In this document: in pieces, positions 1-9,658 of the stretch | Layout of the letters: each line of letters begins with the position of its first letter | Position numbering within the stretch: position 1 is the stretch's first letter | Source of the DNA: Rhizobium sp. Q54 | GTDB lineage: Bacteria; Pseudomonadota; Gammaproteobacteria; Burkholderiales; Burkholderiaceae | NCBI GenBank assembly: GCA_943371165.1 | Contig: CALRTW020000005.1 | Coordinates: 3,481-67,480 of the forward strand | Reading direction: 5' to 3' | Length of the DNA: 64,000 nucleotides | The notes under the pieces: generated by a model | What the model saw: the letters and a program-made list of their open reading frames with translations, nothing else | Databases searched by the model: none | Told to the model about the DNA's origin: nothing | Position numbers and translations under genes: made by a program

Positions 1-1022
1 TCTTGCAACATAAAAGCAAAGTCTTCTGCGCCCATGGTGGGATCAATTCGGATATTGACGTTTTCTGCGCCCACAAGATCCTGCATGACGCCGATGGCAA
101 ATTGCGTTTCCTGCTCGTGGTTAATCGTAGGCGGGTAATTGCGCGCGAAGACAACATCCGCTTGGCAATCAAAGCTTGCAGCAACATGCTGGGCAACTTC
201 ATTTAAGCGCCGCTCAATTAGGTCGAGCACCTCGTTGGTAAAGGTGCGCACCGTGCCCCCAATCATCGCGCTATCGGGAATCACATTGCTCGTTTCGCCA
301 GCATGAAACTGCGTAACCGATAGAACAGCAGCGTCGACTGGACGCTTATTGCGGGTAATGATGCTTTGCAGTGCTGTGACCACGTGCGCTCCAGCAAGAA
401 CGGGATCGGCGCTGTTGTGCGGCAGGGCGGCATGACCGCCTTTGCCGCGAATGGTGATCGTGAACTCATTGCTCGATGCCATCATCGGCCCCGGAGTAAC
501 ACCAAAGTGACCTTCCGCTAAACCGGGCCAATTGTGTAAGCCGAATACAGCATCACAAGGAAATTGTTTAAACAAGCCGTCGGCAATCATTTCGCGAGCG
601 CCACCACCACCTTCTTCAGCCGGCTGGAAGATAAAAATGATCGAGCCGGCAAAGTTGCGGTGGCTTGAAAAGTAGTGTGCGGCACCGAGCAAGATGGCGG
701 TGTGCCCATCATGACCGCAAGCATGCATTTTCCCGGGATGTTGCGATGCATGTGCAAACGCATTTTTTTCTTGCAGCGGCAGGGCGTCCATGTCGGCGCG
801 CAAACCAATCATTTTTCCTGGACCTGCATCACCGTCAATGCGGCCAACCACACCAGTCTTGCCCAGACCGCGCACAATTGGAATGCCCCAACGGGTCAAG
901 GCTTCCGCTACCAGTTCAGCCGTGCGGACTTCTTCAAAGCGCAACTCGGGGTGGGCGTGGATGTCACGTCGAATGGCTTCTATGCTTGCCGCTGAATCGA
1001 CGATTTCAGGAAGTAATCGCAT
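1..1022 (-). CDS. M20/M20D-family amidohydrolase (hippurate hydrolase / N-acyl-amino-acid amidohydrolase-like); 3' end runs off the window
   Basis: Absent from the supplied ORF track because it is edge-truncated. Manual reverse-complement translation from ATG at 1022-1020 has no stop in the 201 codons checked (1022 down to 420); the rest, to position 3, was read through once and not re-verified. Sequence: MRLLPEIVDSAASIEAIRRDIHAHPELRFEEVRTAELVAEALTRWGIPIVRGLGKTGVVGRIDG...KMHACGHDGHTAILLGAAHYF...IFQPAEEGGGGAREMI...FTITIRGKGGHAALP. HACGHDGH and PAEEG are typical M20D metal-ligand motifs. Confidence 0.85.
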   Translation of the reverse strand, partial: MRLLPEIVDSAASIEAIRRDIHAHPELRFEEVRTAELVAEALTRWGIPIVRGLGKTGVVGRIDGDAGPGKMIGLRADMDALPLQEKNAFAHASQHPGKMHACGHDGHTAILLGAAHYFSSHRNFAGSIIFIFQPAEEGGGGAREMIADGLFKQFPCDAVFGLHNWPGLAEGHFGVTPGPMMASSNEFTITIRGKGGHAALPHNSADPVLAGAHVVTALQSIITRNKRPVDAAVLSVTQFHAGETSNVIPDSAMIGGTVRTFTNEVLDLIERRLNEVAQHVAASFDCQADVVFARNYPPTINHEQETQFAIGVMQDLVGAENVNIRIDPTMGAEDFAFMLQ

Positions 1023-1131
1023 ACAAGGATCTTATCTGAAAGGGAAATCACCTGCATATTGCAATGCAATACGGTATAAATCCTAAAAAATACGAATATT
1101 GCTACAGTACGGAAACAACATTGTGGATCCT

Positions 1132-2844
1132 ATGTCAAACACTGCCTCATCCCTCCCTTGGCTTGCGCAATATCCCGCTAGCGTGCCTGCGCAGTTGGAT
1201 TACAGTGCACATCATTCGGTGGTGGAAGTGCTGGAGGAGGCATTTAGCGCCTATGCAGACCGGACGGCATTTTGGTGCATGGGTAAAAGCCTTGCCTATA
1301 GTGAGCTCGATGCGGCATCCATTCAATTTGCTAGCTACTTGCAGGGCATCGGATTAAGTCAGGGCGCACGGGTGGCGATCATGTTGCCTAACTTGCCGCA
1401 ATACCCTGTTGCTCTATACGGAATTATGCGCGCGGGGTATGTGGTGGTCAGTATTAATCCCCAGTACACCGCCCATGAATTGGAGTTTCAGTTGCGCGAT
1501 AGCGGTGCCGAGGCCATTGTGTTTTTGGAGCATTTTGGTAACACCCTAGAGCAAGCGCTCCACATCAATCCAACTCTGCCAATCAAGCATGCCTTTGTCA
1601 GTAGCATTGGCGAGTTTTTGGGCTGGCGTGGCCCTTGGCTAGATCGCTTTATTCGGACATTTAAACGCAAGGTAGAGCCCTATGCTTTGCCATCAAGCCT
1701 TAATTGCTTACAACTCAAGCCAACGCTTGATTTGGGTAAGCGGGCGAAGTATCAAAAGCCGCTCTTGAGTGGGGATTCGATTGCCTTATTGCAATACACC
1801 GGCGGTACTACGGGTGTGAGTAAAGGCGCCATTTTGACGCACCGTAATTTACTTGCCAATCTGTTGCAAGTGGAAACCTGGCTCAGGCCAATTGAGCGGG
1901 TCAAGCCAATTGAGCAATGGAATTTTTTATGTGCGCTGCCGCTGTATCACATCTTCGCTTTTACGGGATGTGGTCTTTTGGGTATGCGCTTAGGCGCAAA
2001 AATTATTTTGGTTCCCAATGCCCGTGATGTTCCTAATTTGGTCGGGATCTTGAAAGCATTTCCAGAGATCAATTTTTTCCCCGGCGTTAATACCTTGTTT
2101 CAGGCGCTGCTCAATAATGCCGACTTTGCTAAGTTGGATTTCTCGCAGTGGGTCTTGACAATTGGCGGTGGCATGGCGGTACAAAAATCCGTAGCAGATC
2201 GCTGGAAGGCGCTCACCGGTGTTGCGATTGCCGAGGGCTATGGCCTTTCTGAAACAGCTCCCGTGGCCTGTTGCAATACTCCTTTGATCGAATCATTTAC
2301 TGGCGGCATTGGTTACCCACTCCCCGATACGGAGTTGTCGATTCGAGATGAGTCGGGATTGCCGTTGCCAGTAGGAGAGGTGGGGGAAATTTACATCCGC
2401 GGTCCGCAAGTGATGCAAGGGTATTGGAATCAAGCCGAAGAAACTGCCAATGCCATTACAGCAGATGGATTCTTTAAGTCTGGTGATATTGGCGTCATGG
2501 ACTCGGCCGGTTTTTTCCGCATTGTCGATCGCAAAAAAGACATGATTACGGTTGCTGGATTTAAGGTGTATCCAAACGAGGTAGAGGATGTCGTTGCAGC
2601 CATACCGGGCGTATTGGAATGTGCTGTCGTCGGTATCGAGTCCGCATCGGGTGAGCTCGTTAAGTTGTTTGTTGTATCGGACGACCCTGATTTGAGTGCG
2701 GAGCGGATTATGGCCGTCTGCGTAGAGCAGCTCAGCCCATATAAGCGCCCCAGTGCAATTGAGTTTACGGAGAGTCTTCCCAAAAACAACGTCGGAAAGA
2801 TACTGCGTCGCGTGCTACGCGATCAAGCGCGCAACGCGCTCTGA
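1132..2844 (+). CDS. fadD: long-chain-fatty-acid--CoA ligase (AMP-dependent synthetase/ligase)
   Basis: Track ORF 1099..2844. AMP-binding signatures LQYTGGTTGVSKGAILTHRNL and GYGLSET, C-terminal NNVGKILRR. ATG at 1132 (MSNTASSLPWLAQYP) preferred over TTG at 1099. Confidence 0.8.
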   Translation: MSNTASSLPWLAQYPASVPAQLDYSAHHSVVEVLEEAFSAYADRTAFWCMGKSLAYSELDAASIQFASYLQGIGLSQGARVAIMLPNLPQYPVALYGIMRAGYVVVSINPQYTAHELEFQLRDSGAEAIVFLEHFGNTLEQALHINPTLPIKHAFVSSIGEFLGWRGPWLDRFIRTFKRKVEPYALPSSLNCLQLKPTLDLGKRAKYQKPLLSGDSIALLQYTGGTTGVSKGAILTHRNLLANLLQVETWLRPIERVKPIEQWNFLCALPLYHIFAFTGCGLLGMRLGAKIILVPNARDVPNLVGILKAFPEINFFPGVNTLFQALLNNADFAKLDFSQWVLTIGGGMAVQKSVADRWKALTGVAIAEGYGLSETAPVACCNTPLIESFTGGIGYPLPDTELSIRDESGLPLPVGEVGEIYIRGPQVMQGYWNQAEETANAITADGFFKSGDIGVMDSAGFFRIVDRKKDMITVAGFKVYPNEVEDVVAAIPGVLECAVVGIESASGELVKLFVVSDDPDLSAERIMAVCVEQLSPYKRPSAIEFTESLPKNNVGKILRRVLRDQARNAL

Positions 2845-3561
2845 GTCAAGCGCATCGGCTGCAAATTGCATTGCCGCTAAGGGATAAGCATGATTCGTTT
2901 GATGCCGACACTCCGCAGGAAGTGTATTCACAATACCTAAGAGTGGCGCCTCAATCCGTGCCCGCAGTGTGTCGATATTTTCCTGCAAGTAGGGCATGTC
3001 TGCATCCATGGTATTTGCTACCCATCCGGCAAGCGTAAGGCCACGCTGAGCAATCGCCGCAACGCTGAGAAGGGCATGATTAATGCAGCCCAGGCGCAGC
3101 CCAACTACCAGGATGACTGGCATTTGTAGAGCCTCGGCCAAATCCCCTAAATCTTGCTCTTCATTGATGGGTACTAAAAAGCCGCCCGCACCCTCGACCA
3201 CAGTCCAGTCAACCTTTGCGCTGATTGCTTGATACGCTGAGAGCATGGTGGATAACTCAAGCGTGACGCCCATCGATTTCGCTACCAGGTGAGGCGCAGC
3301 CGGGGTTGGTAAAACATAAGGGCATAGATCAGTCGCATTTCCTGGATAGCCGGATGCCAGCTTGAGTGATTCCAGATCTTCGTTCACTGTAATGCCAGCA
3401 GCCGATTGGCTTGTTCCAGCAACGACCGGTTTAAAACCCATGACCGTTTGATTGGGCGCAAGTGCTTTGATTTTGAGAATCAGCGCAGAAGCAATCAGCG
3501 TTTTACCGACTTCGGTATCGGTGCCGGTAATAAAAAATCCACAGTTATTAGACTGACTCAT
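2815..3561 (-). CDS. bioD: dethiobiotin synthase
   Basis: FITGTDTEVGKT P-loop typical of BioD. Last gene of the bioA-bioF-bioD run. 30-nt convergent overlap with the fadD 3' end. Confidence 0.85.
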   Translation of the reverse strand: MSQSNNCGFFITGTDTEVGKTLIASALILKIKALAPNQTVMGFKPVVAGTSQSAAGITVNEDLESLKLASGYPGNATDLCPYVLPTPAAPHLVAKSMGVTLELSTMLSAYQAISAKVDWTVVEGAGGFLVPINEEQDLGDLAEALQMPVILVVGLRLGCINHALLSVAAIAQRGLTLAGWVANTMDADMPYLQENIDTLRARIEAPLLGIVNTLPAECRHQTNHAYPLAAMQFAADALDSERVARLIA

Positions 3562-4826
3562 GCTGATTTCGTTTCGCTAGCGGTGTAAACGAGGGCTTCT
3601 ATTTTTTGTAACTCGGCAATGAGTTCACGCACTGCCTGGGTACTGTGATTGGCCGAGAAGGTAATACGCAAGCGCGCACTGCCTTCTGGAACGGTCGGTG
3701 GACGTATCGCCGGAATCCAGTAACCTGCCTCGTCTAATTGTTTTGATGCTGATAGTGCTGCGGTATTACTCCCCAATACCAGCGGCTGAATCGGAGTCAT
3801 GGACGAACTGATTTGCCAATGCCGAAGTTGCAATTCTTGATGCCAAATGGCAATGAGTTGATTTAAGTGGGCGCGTCGTGCTTGGCCTTCCTCACCCTCA
3901 ATTAGATGCAAGCTTGCCAGCACGGTATGCGCAATGGCTGGAGGAGTGGCAGTGCTGTAAATATACGGCCGCCCTTTTTGAATCAGGCACTCCATTAGCG
4001 TTTTATGCGCACAGACAAAGGCGCCACTGACACCAGCGGCTTTTCCCAGCGTACCGATGTAAACAATGCGATCCGATTGAATTTGAAAGTGCTCCAAAAT
4101 GCCGTGACCATATTTTCCGAGCACACCAAAGCCGTGGGCATCATCGACAATCAGTAGCGCATCGTGGGCTTCTGCAATCGATAGCAAATCGGTTACCGGA
4201 GCCAAGTCTCCATCCATACTAAAGACACCGTCCGTCACAATTAATTTGTGCACCGATGTATCCGCTTGGAGCATTTCGTTTAAATCAGCTAGCTTTGTGT
4301 GATCAAATAAATGAACGCTTGCTTTTGTTTGCGCCGCTGCCAGTTTGACGCCATCGATAAGGGATGCGTGATTTAACTTGGCGGAATAGATGCTAATGCC
4401 AGCGTTCTGTTTTGCTGCTTGTAAACCTAATCCTGCTAACGCAGTAATCGCAGTGATGTTGGCAAGATAGCCTGTGCAAAAAAAGAGTGCACGCGCATCG
4501 TCGATATGTTTCTGTTGTGTGCGAGCTAATTCCATTTCAAGTAAGTCATGCGCCACGCTATGGCCGCTGATGAGGTGAGAGGCGCCACTGCCAACCCCAT
4601 ATTGCGCTGCGCCTTCAGCCATTGCTGCGATAAGCCGTGGGTGATTGGCAAAGCCTAGGTAATCATTACTACAAAATGCTTTCAGTAGACGACCTGCTAC
4701 TTTGACTTCGACATCGCAAGCGCTTTGCGTTTGCTTGAGCCGACGTCGCAACAGTGATGCATCTAGGTTATCTAGCTGTTGCTGCGCAAGCGCAAGGGCA
4801 CTGAATGGGCGTACGCTAGGCTTCAT
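3558..4826 (-). CDS. bioF: 8-amino-7-oxononanoate synthase
   Basis: PLP-dependent alpha-oxoamine synthase features (DDAHGFGVLG, FSMDGD, GTLGKAAG). 4-nt overlaps with bioA and bioD. Confidence 0.85.
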   Translation of the reverse strand: MKPSVRPFSALALAQQQLDNLDASLLRRRLKQTQSACDVEVKVAGRLLKAFCSNDYLGFANHPRLIAAMAEGAAQYGVGSGASHLISGHSVAHDLLEMELARTQQKHIDDARALFFCTGYLANITAITALAGLGLQAAKQNAGISIYSAKLNHASLIDGVKLAAAQTKASVHLFDHTKLADLNEMLQADTSVHKLIVTDGVFSMDGDLAPVTDLLSIAEAHDALLIVDDAHGFGVLGKYGHGILEHFQIQSDRIVYIGTLGKAAGVSGAFVCAHKTLMECLIQKGRPYIYSTATPPAIAHTVLASLHLIEGEEGQARRAHLNQLIAIWHQELQLRHWQISSSMTPIQPLVLGSNTAALSASKQLDEAGYWIPAIRPPTVPEGSARLRITFSANHSTQAVRELIAELQKIEALVYTASETKSA

Positions 4827-6187
4827 AGTTTTTGTGCGTGCAGAACGTCTTCCACCACCCGCTGAATGCGCCGACCCATTTCCGTGGTTTCATCGGTGCT
4901 CAATATGTAGGGTGGCATGACATAGACAGTAGAGCCAATGGGCCTTACCAAAATGCCTTCCTCAATGCCGCGCGCAAATACATCGCGCGCAAATGTACTC
5001 GGCGTACTCAAAAGTTTGTGTTTGATATCAAAAGCCAAGATCATGCCTTGTTGTCTTGGGTGCTCAATGCGCTTATCTGATTGTGTCCACGCAAATGCAG
5101 ATGCGAGATTTTGGGCGCGCTGTAAATTGCGATTTAACACATCTTCCGTTTCAAAAAGATCAAGGCAGGCCAGTGCAGCTGCGCAAGCTAAGGGATTGCC
5201 AGTGTAGGAGTGGGAATGTAAAAATCCGCGGGCAGTGTCATCCGAATAGAAGGCCTGATAAATGGCGTCAGTTGTTAGGCACAGTGATAGCGGTAAATAG
5301 CCGCCACTGATTCCTTTGGAGAGGGTGATGAAGTCGGGCCAAATGCCTGCATGCTCACACGCAAAGAATCGACCTGTTCTACCGCACCCCACAGCAATTT
5401 CATCAGCAATGAGGTGAATGCCATATTGATCGCAGAGTGCGCGGGCACGCTGGAGGTATTCGGGTGAATGCATTGCCATTTGCCCGGCGCATTGCACCAG
5501 TGGTTCTAATATTAGGGCAGCAATATGTTGGTGTTCCCGCTGCAGCAGTATTTCTAATTCATGCGCGGCACGCAGCGCAACTTCAGTCGCTGATTCTCCA
5601 TCCTGCGCTTGGCGACTGTCCGGTGACATTACCGTGAATACATCCGACAGTAGTGATCCGTAAGCGGTCCTAAACAAAGGTACATCGGTTACAGCTAACG
5701 CACCTAGGGTTTCGCCATGGTAACTATGTTGTAAGCAGATGAATCGGGATTTCTCAGGCTTGCCGGTAAGTTGCCAATAGTGATGACTCATCTTTAAGGC
5801 AATCTCTACGGCAGAGGCGCCATCCGATGCGTAAAAAGCATGCCCTAATCGATGCTGCGTTAAAGCGGAGAGGCGCTCCGAAAGCTCAATGACCGGTTGG
5901 TGTGTAAAACCCGCCAGCATCACGTGCTCTATTTTTTCGAGTTGATCCTGAATGCGTTGATTAATAAACGGGTTGGAATGCCCAAACAAATTGGTCCACC
6001 AGGAGCTGATGCAATCCAAAATGGGCTTATCTTGATCGTCATACAACCAAGCCCCTTTCCCATGAGTAATTGCCACTAAGGGCATGTGCTCGTGATGCTT
6101 CATTTGCGTGCATGGGTGCCAGACCGACGCAAGGCTTCGCGAAATCCACTCGTCTGCTGGTTTGGTCTGGCTTACCGATGTCGTCAT
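4823..6187 (-). CDS. bioA: adenosylmethionine-8-amino-7-oxononanoate aminotransferase
   Basis: Class-III aminotransferase (LIADEIAVGCGRTG, TLSKGISGGYLPLS). Heads the bio operon, divergent from bioB. Confidence 0.85.
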   Translation of the reverse strand: MTTSVSQTKPADEWISRSLASVWHPCTQMKHHEHMPLVAITHGKGAWLYDDQDKPILDCISSWWTNLFGHSNPFINQRIQDQLEKIEHVMLAGFTHQPVIELSERLSALTQHRLGHAFYASDGASAVEIALKMSHHYWQLTGKPEKSRFICLQHSYHGETLGALAVTDVPLFRTAYGSLLSDVFTVMSPDSRQAQDGESATEVALRAAHELEILLQREHQHIAALILEPLVQCAGQMAMHSPEYLQRARALCDQYGIHLIADEIAVGCGRTGRFFACEHAGIWPDFITLSKGISGGYLPLSLCLTTDAIYQAFYSDDTARGFLHSHSYTGNPLACAAALACLDLFETEDVLNRNLQRAQNLASAFAWTQSDKRIEHPRQQGMILAFDIKHKLLSTPSTFARDVFARGIEEGILVRPIGSTVYVMPPYILSTDETTEMGRRIQRVVEDVLHAQKL

Positions 6188-6274
6188 GAGTGATATTTGA
6201 CCATTAGTTTTCGGCTTGAAGTGGATTCATCTGTTATGTTTATGGCTTATTACCTCCTTTTTAGGAATTTCCTT

Positions 6275-7309
6275 ATGTCCCAAAGCCAAGTCCTCGAAAA
6301 ACCCCTGATTCAAGCAAGTGCGGCATCGGTCGCCAAAGCAAGTGTTTCTGAGGGTGACTGGACAGTAGGGGCGGTCGAAGCCTTGTTTGCTTTGCCATTT
6401 AATGACTTGCTTTTTCGTGCTCAAGAAGTGCACCGGGCTTATTTCCCAGAGGGTGATGTGGAATTGGCCACCTTGTTATCCATTAAGACCGGCGGCTGTC
6501 CGGAAGATTGTGGCTATTGCCCCCAAGCAGCGCGTTACAACACCGATGTTAAAGCCAACAAACTGATGGATTTAGAGGAAGTGCTGGAGGCGGCGAAAGC
6601 AGCGAAAGCAGCTGGCTCCAATCGATTTTGCATGGGTGCAGCCTGGCGTGAACCCAAAGACCGTGATATTGAAAAAGTGTCCGCCATGATTCGGGGGGTC
6701 AAAGCTCTGGGTCTAGAGACCTGCGCCACACTGGGAATGCTCGAGCCAGAACAGGCCAAGGCCCTGCAAGGCGCGGGCTTGGATTTTTATAACCACAATC
6801 TCGATACCAGTGAGGACTTCTACCGCTCAGTGATCAAGACCCGTGACTATCAGGATCGCCTGGATACGATCTCGCATGTCCGTGCCGCTGGTATGTCGGT
6901 CTGTTGTGGCGGCATTGTCGGCATGGGCGAGTCGCGCGAGCAGCGCGCAGCCTTCATTGCGCGGCTGGCTAATTTGAGTCCGTATCCCGAGTCGGTGCCG
7001 ATCAATCACTTGGTTCCTGTAGCTGGCACGCCACTGGCCGATCAGCCACCGATGGATCCGCTTGAGTTTGTGCGGACCATTGCAGTTGCGCGCATCACTA
7101 TGCCTAAAGCCCGCGTGCGTTTATCGGCCGGCAGGCAGGAGCTAGGCCGCGCCGTCCAAGCGATGTGCTTCCAAGCGGGCGCCAATTCGATTTTTTACGG
7201 CGATCAATTGCTGACAACGGGTAACCCAGAAGCAGAGGAAGATCGTGCACTGCTGGCCGAATTGGGTCTCAAGACAAAGCAACACGTGAAGGCTGAAGTA
7301 ACGGTATAG
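6275..7309 (+). CDS. bioB: biotin synthase
   Basis: Radical-SAM CxxxCxxC ([12 protein letters not shown]), YNHNLDTS. Track ORF starts at 6197, but ATG 6275 (MSQSQVLEK) has an AGGA 8 nt upstream and gives a normal length. Confidence 0.9.
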   Translation: MSQSQVLEKPLIQASAASVAKASVSEGDWTVGAVEALFALPFNDLLFRAQEVHRAYFPEGDVELATLLSIKTGGCPEDCGYCPQAARYNTDVKANKLMDLEEVLEAAKAAKAAGSNRFCMGAAWREPKDRDIEKVSAMIRGVKALGLETCATLGMLEPEQAKALQGAGLDFYNHNLDTSEDFYRSVIKTRDYQDRLDTISHVRAAGMSVCCGGIVGMGESREQRAAFIARLANLSPYPESVPINHLVPVAGTPLADQPPMDPLEFVRTIAVARITMPKARVRLSAGRQELGRAVQAMCFQAGANSIFYGDQLLTTGNPEAEEDRALLAELGLKTKQHVKAEVTV

Positions 7310-7317
7310 TTTTAGCT

Positions 7318-7947
7318 ATGCCTATGTCATTGCTGGACCGATTCATTACCGAGTTTGATGTCGCTTTGCGATCCCTTGCTGGAGGCGCTCAGGCCCGTCG
7401 CGCAATGCCGACAGCAGAAAATGCAGCCACCCTTGATTCTGCCGAGCGAGCCCATGCAGCCGGGCTCATGCGGGTTAATCACGTGGGCGAAGTGTGCGCC
7501 CAAGCCCTATACCAATCGCAAAAAATACTTGCACGTAGCCCAGAAACGCGCGCCATGCTTGACGACGCAGCGCAAGAGGAAATGGACCACATGGCGTGGT
7601 GTGAAGAGCGCCTATCTGAACTCGGCTCACACACTAGTTATTTAAATCCGATTTGGTATGCCGGATCGTTTGGGATCGGCCTATTGGCTGGCTTAGCGGG
7701 CGATCGATGGAGTTTGGGTTTTGTTGCAGAAACCGAAAAGCAGGTGGAAAAGCACCTCAATAGCCACCTTGAAACTTTGCCGCTGGCAGATGCGCGTTCA
7801 CGTGCCATCGTCGATCAGATGCGCCGCGATGAAATCGACCATGGTCAATCAGCATGGGATGCGGGAGGCCAGCCTTTGCCGCAGCCCGTCAAAAATGCCA
7901 TGGAGGCCATTTCCAAAGTGATGACTACAGCGGCCTACAAGGTGTGA
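7318..7947 (+). CDS. coq7: demethoxyubiquinone hydroxylase (Coq7 family di-iron monooxygenase)
   Basis: Di-iron carboxylate motifs ([31 protein letters not shown]). About 209 aa, typical of bacterial Coq7. Confidence 0.85.
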   Translation: MPMSLLDRFITEFDVALRSLAGGAQARRAMPTAENAATLDSAERAHAAGLMRVNHVGEVCAQALYQSQKILARSPETRAMLDDAAQEEMDHMAWCEERLSELGSHTSYLNPIWYAGSFGIGLLAGLAGDRWSLGFVAETEKQVEKHLNSHLETLPLADARSRAIVDQMRRDEIDHGQSAWDAGGQPLPQPVKNAMEAISKVMTTAAYKV

Positions 7948-8007
7948 ATCGGATTGCGTAGCAAAACCGAATAAAAATGAGGACATTATTTACCCTAAGT
8001 CTATTAA

Positions 8008-8027
8008 TACTGTATATATAAACAGTA
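8008..8027. promoter_or_regulatory. LexA (SOS) operator-like palindrome
   Basis: TACTGTATATATAAACAGTA matches the CTGT-N8-ACAG consensus TACTGTATATATATACAGTA at 19 of 20 positions. It sits inside 10-nt perfect inverted arms TTAATACTGT/ACAGTATTAA (8004..8031). Confidence 0.7.
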
Positions 8028-8183
8028 TTAATTGAAATAATTAAGTCATATATCTAAGATCTATTCTTAAGTATATTTTCCAAGCCTTTGTTTCGGGTGA
8101 CTATTTTTCTAAAGAGTATCTTAATAGTCATCGCTAAGTGACTGTAAACACTAGAGAAAATCCAAAAAAAACCATTAAAAGAC

Positions 8184-8212
8184 TTGACCCTCTGAATCCC
8201 TTCCTCTAAAGT
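8184..8212 (+). promoter_or_regulatory. putative sigma70 promoter of the dcw operon (Pmra)
   Basis: TTGACC (8184-8189), 17-nt spacer, TAAAGT (8207-8212), about 28 nt upstream of the mraZ ATG. Confidence 0.5.
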
Positions 8213-8235
8213 GGGAAGAAGTGTGAAAAAGTGGG
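8211..8235 (+). promoter_or_regulatory. putative MraZ operator (three direct repeats)
   Basis: GTGGG (8211), GTGTG (8221) and GTGGG (8231) at exact 10-nt phasing between the -10 box and the mraZ start. This resembles the GTGGG-type triple repeat bound by E. coli MraZ. Confidence 0.55.
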
Positions 8236-8239
8236 GTAA

Positions 8240-8671
8240 ATGGTGTTTCAAGGTGCGTCAGCTCTCAATTTAGATGCAAAAGGCCGCATGTCTGTGCCGG
8301 CAAAGCATCGCGACGCCTTGCTCGTGCAAGGTGAGGGGAGAGTGACCTTAACAAAACACCCCGATGGCTGTTTGATGGTTTTTCCACGCCCCGAATGGGA
8401 AGCGTTTCGAGCGCGGGTAGCGCAATTACCAATGGATGCGCATTGGTGGCGCCGAATTTTTCTAGGCAATGCAACTGAACTTGATCTCGATAGTGCGGGC
8501 CGAATTTTAGTCAGCCCCGAACTGCGATCCGCTGCAGGTATTCAGCGCGAAGTCATTCTGCTTGGTATGGGTAGTCACCTTGAGTTATGGGATGCAGCAA
8601 AGTACGCAACAAAAGAGCAGGCCGCAATGATGCAAGGTGTGCCGGACGCCCTCAAACAATTTACTTATTAA
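8240..8671 (+). CDS. mraZ: transcriptional regulator MraZ
   Basis: Two DxxGR halves ([20 protein letters not shown]). First gene of the dcw cluster. GTG at 8243 (MFQGA...) is an alternative start. Confidence 0.9.
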   Translation: MVFQGASALNLDAKGRMSVPAKHRDALLVQGEGRVTLTKHPDGCLMVFPRPEWEAFRARVAQLPMDAHWWRRIFLGNATELDLDSAGRILVSPELRSAAGIQREVILLGMGSHLELWDAAKYATKEQAAMMQGVPDALKQFTY

Positions 8672-8683
8672 TGACAGGGCCGC

Positions 8684-9658
8684 ATGAATCAGACTCATCG
8701 CCCAGTCTTACTGGCCGAGGCGGTAACTGCACTATTGGAAAGCCCTTTATTGCAAGCAGAATCGACCGAGAAATCCATTGTGATCGACGGCACCTTCGGG
8801 CGCGGGGGTCATACGCGAGTACTCTTGGAAGCGATTCCATCCGATGCGCAGTTGATTGCATTCGACAAAGATCTGCAAGCGATTGCAGAGGCAAAAAAAA
8901 TAAGCGACACGCGCTTTCAGATTATTCACAGCAGCTTCGCCAGCATGGCGCAGCATGCCGAGCCTGCAACAGTAGCGGGAGTATTACTCGATTTGGGTAT
9001 CAGCTCGCCACAAGTGGACGAAGCCGAGCGGGGGTTTTCATTTCGTCGCGATGGGCCGCTTGATATGCGCATGAATACTTCGACTGGATTGACGGCGGCA
9101 CAGTGGCTCAATCAAGCTGGCGTGGATGATATTGCGCATGTGATTAAAACCTACGGGGAAGAGCGCTTTGCCTTGCCAATTGCCAAAGCAATTATTGCGC
9201 GCCGCGAATTAGCTCAGCCCTTAACGACCACCTTGGATTTAGCGAACTTGGTTGCTGGCGTTATCAAAAAACGCGAGCCAGGACAAGATCCGGCAACACG
9301 TACATTTCAAGCGCTACGCATATTTATCAACAAAGAATTAGATGATTTAGTACTCGGGCTTCAAGCTGCACTGGACTTACTTAAGCCGGGCGGACGCTTA
9401 GTCGTCATTAGCTTTCACTCCTTAGAAGACCGCATCGTTAAGCAATTTATGCAAATGCATTCAGCGGTAGAGGTCCCACGCGGTTTACCGATTCGTGCAA
9501 AAGATTTACCGCAGGGTGAATTGGAGCTCATCGCGAGAGTTAAACCAAGCAGTTCTGAGGTCGGCGAGAACCCACGGGCACGCTCCGCGGTCATGCGGGT
9601 AGCGCAAAAACGCAGTCTAGAGGCCGGTCTTATTTACCGCAGACAGGTGAGCCAATGA
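8684..9658 (+). CDS. rsmH: 16S rRNA (cytosine1402-N4)-methyltransferase
   Basis: [13 protein letters not shown]-binding motif and position after mraZ. Confidence 0.9.
   Translation: MNQTHRPVLLAEAVTALLESPLLQAESTEKSIVIDGTFGRGGHTRVLLEAIPSDAQLIAFDKDLQAIAEAKKISDTRFQIIHSSFASMAQHAEPATVAGVLLDLGISSPQVDEAERGFSFRRDGPLDMRMNTSTGLTAAQWLNQAGVDDIAHVIKTYGEERFALPIAKAIIARRELAQPLTTTLDLANLVAGVIKKREPGQDPATRTFQALRIFINKELDDLVLGLQAALDLLKPGGRLVVISFHSLEDRIVKQFMQMHSAVEVPRGLPIRAKDLPQGELELIARVKPSSSEVGENPRARSAVMRVAQKRSLEAGLIYRRQVSQ

Noticed and set aside
6188-6274. BirA/bioO-type operator in the 87-nt bioA-bioB divergent region
   Set aside because: One is expected on biological grounds, but I could not find a convincing TTGTAAACC-type inverted repeat by eye, so no feature is called.
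7849-7986. 45-codon minus-strand ORF ([20 protein letters not shown]...) downstream of the LexA-like box with an AGGG upstream
   Set aside because: It is almost entirely antisense to the conserved coq7 3' end, so it most likely stays open only by chance. I kept it as one possible target in the SOS-box finding, not as a called gene.
8004-8031. Reading the AT-rich palindrome as a XerCD dif site
   Set aside because: dif sites have GCGCATAA/TTATG-type arms around a 6-nt spacer. This element instead has CTGT/ACAG arms with an 8-nt spacer, which is the LexA geometry. The dcw locus is also not an expected terminus location.
8054-8251. 65-aa minus-strand ORF overlapping the mraZ start and Pmra
   Set aside because: It runs through the AT-rich promoter/operator region and overlaps the mraZ start codon. 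It has no RBS and an implausible composition. The region is better explained as regulatory DNA.
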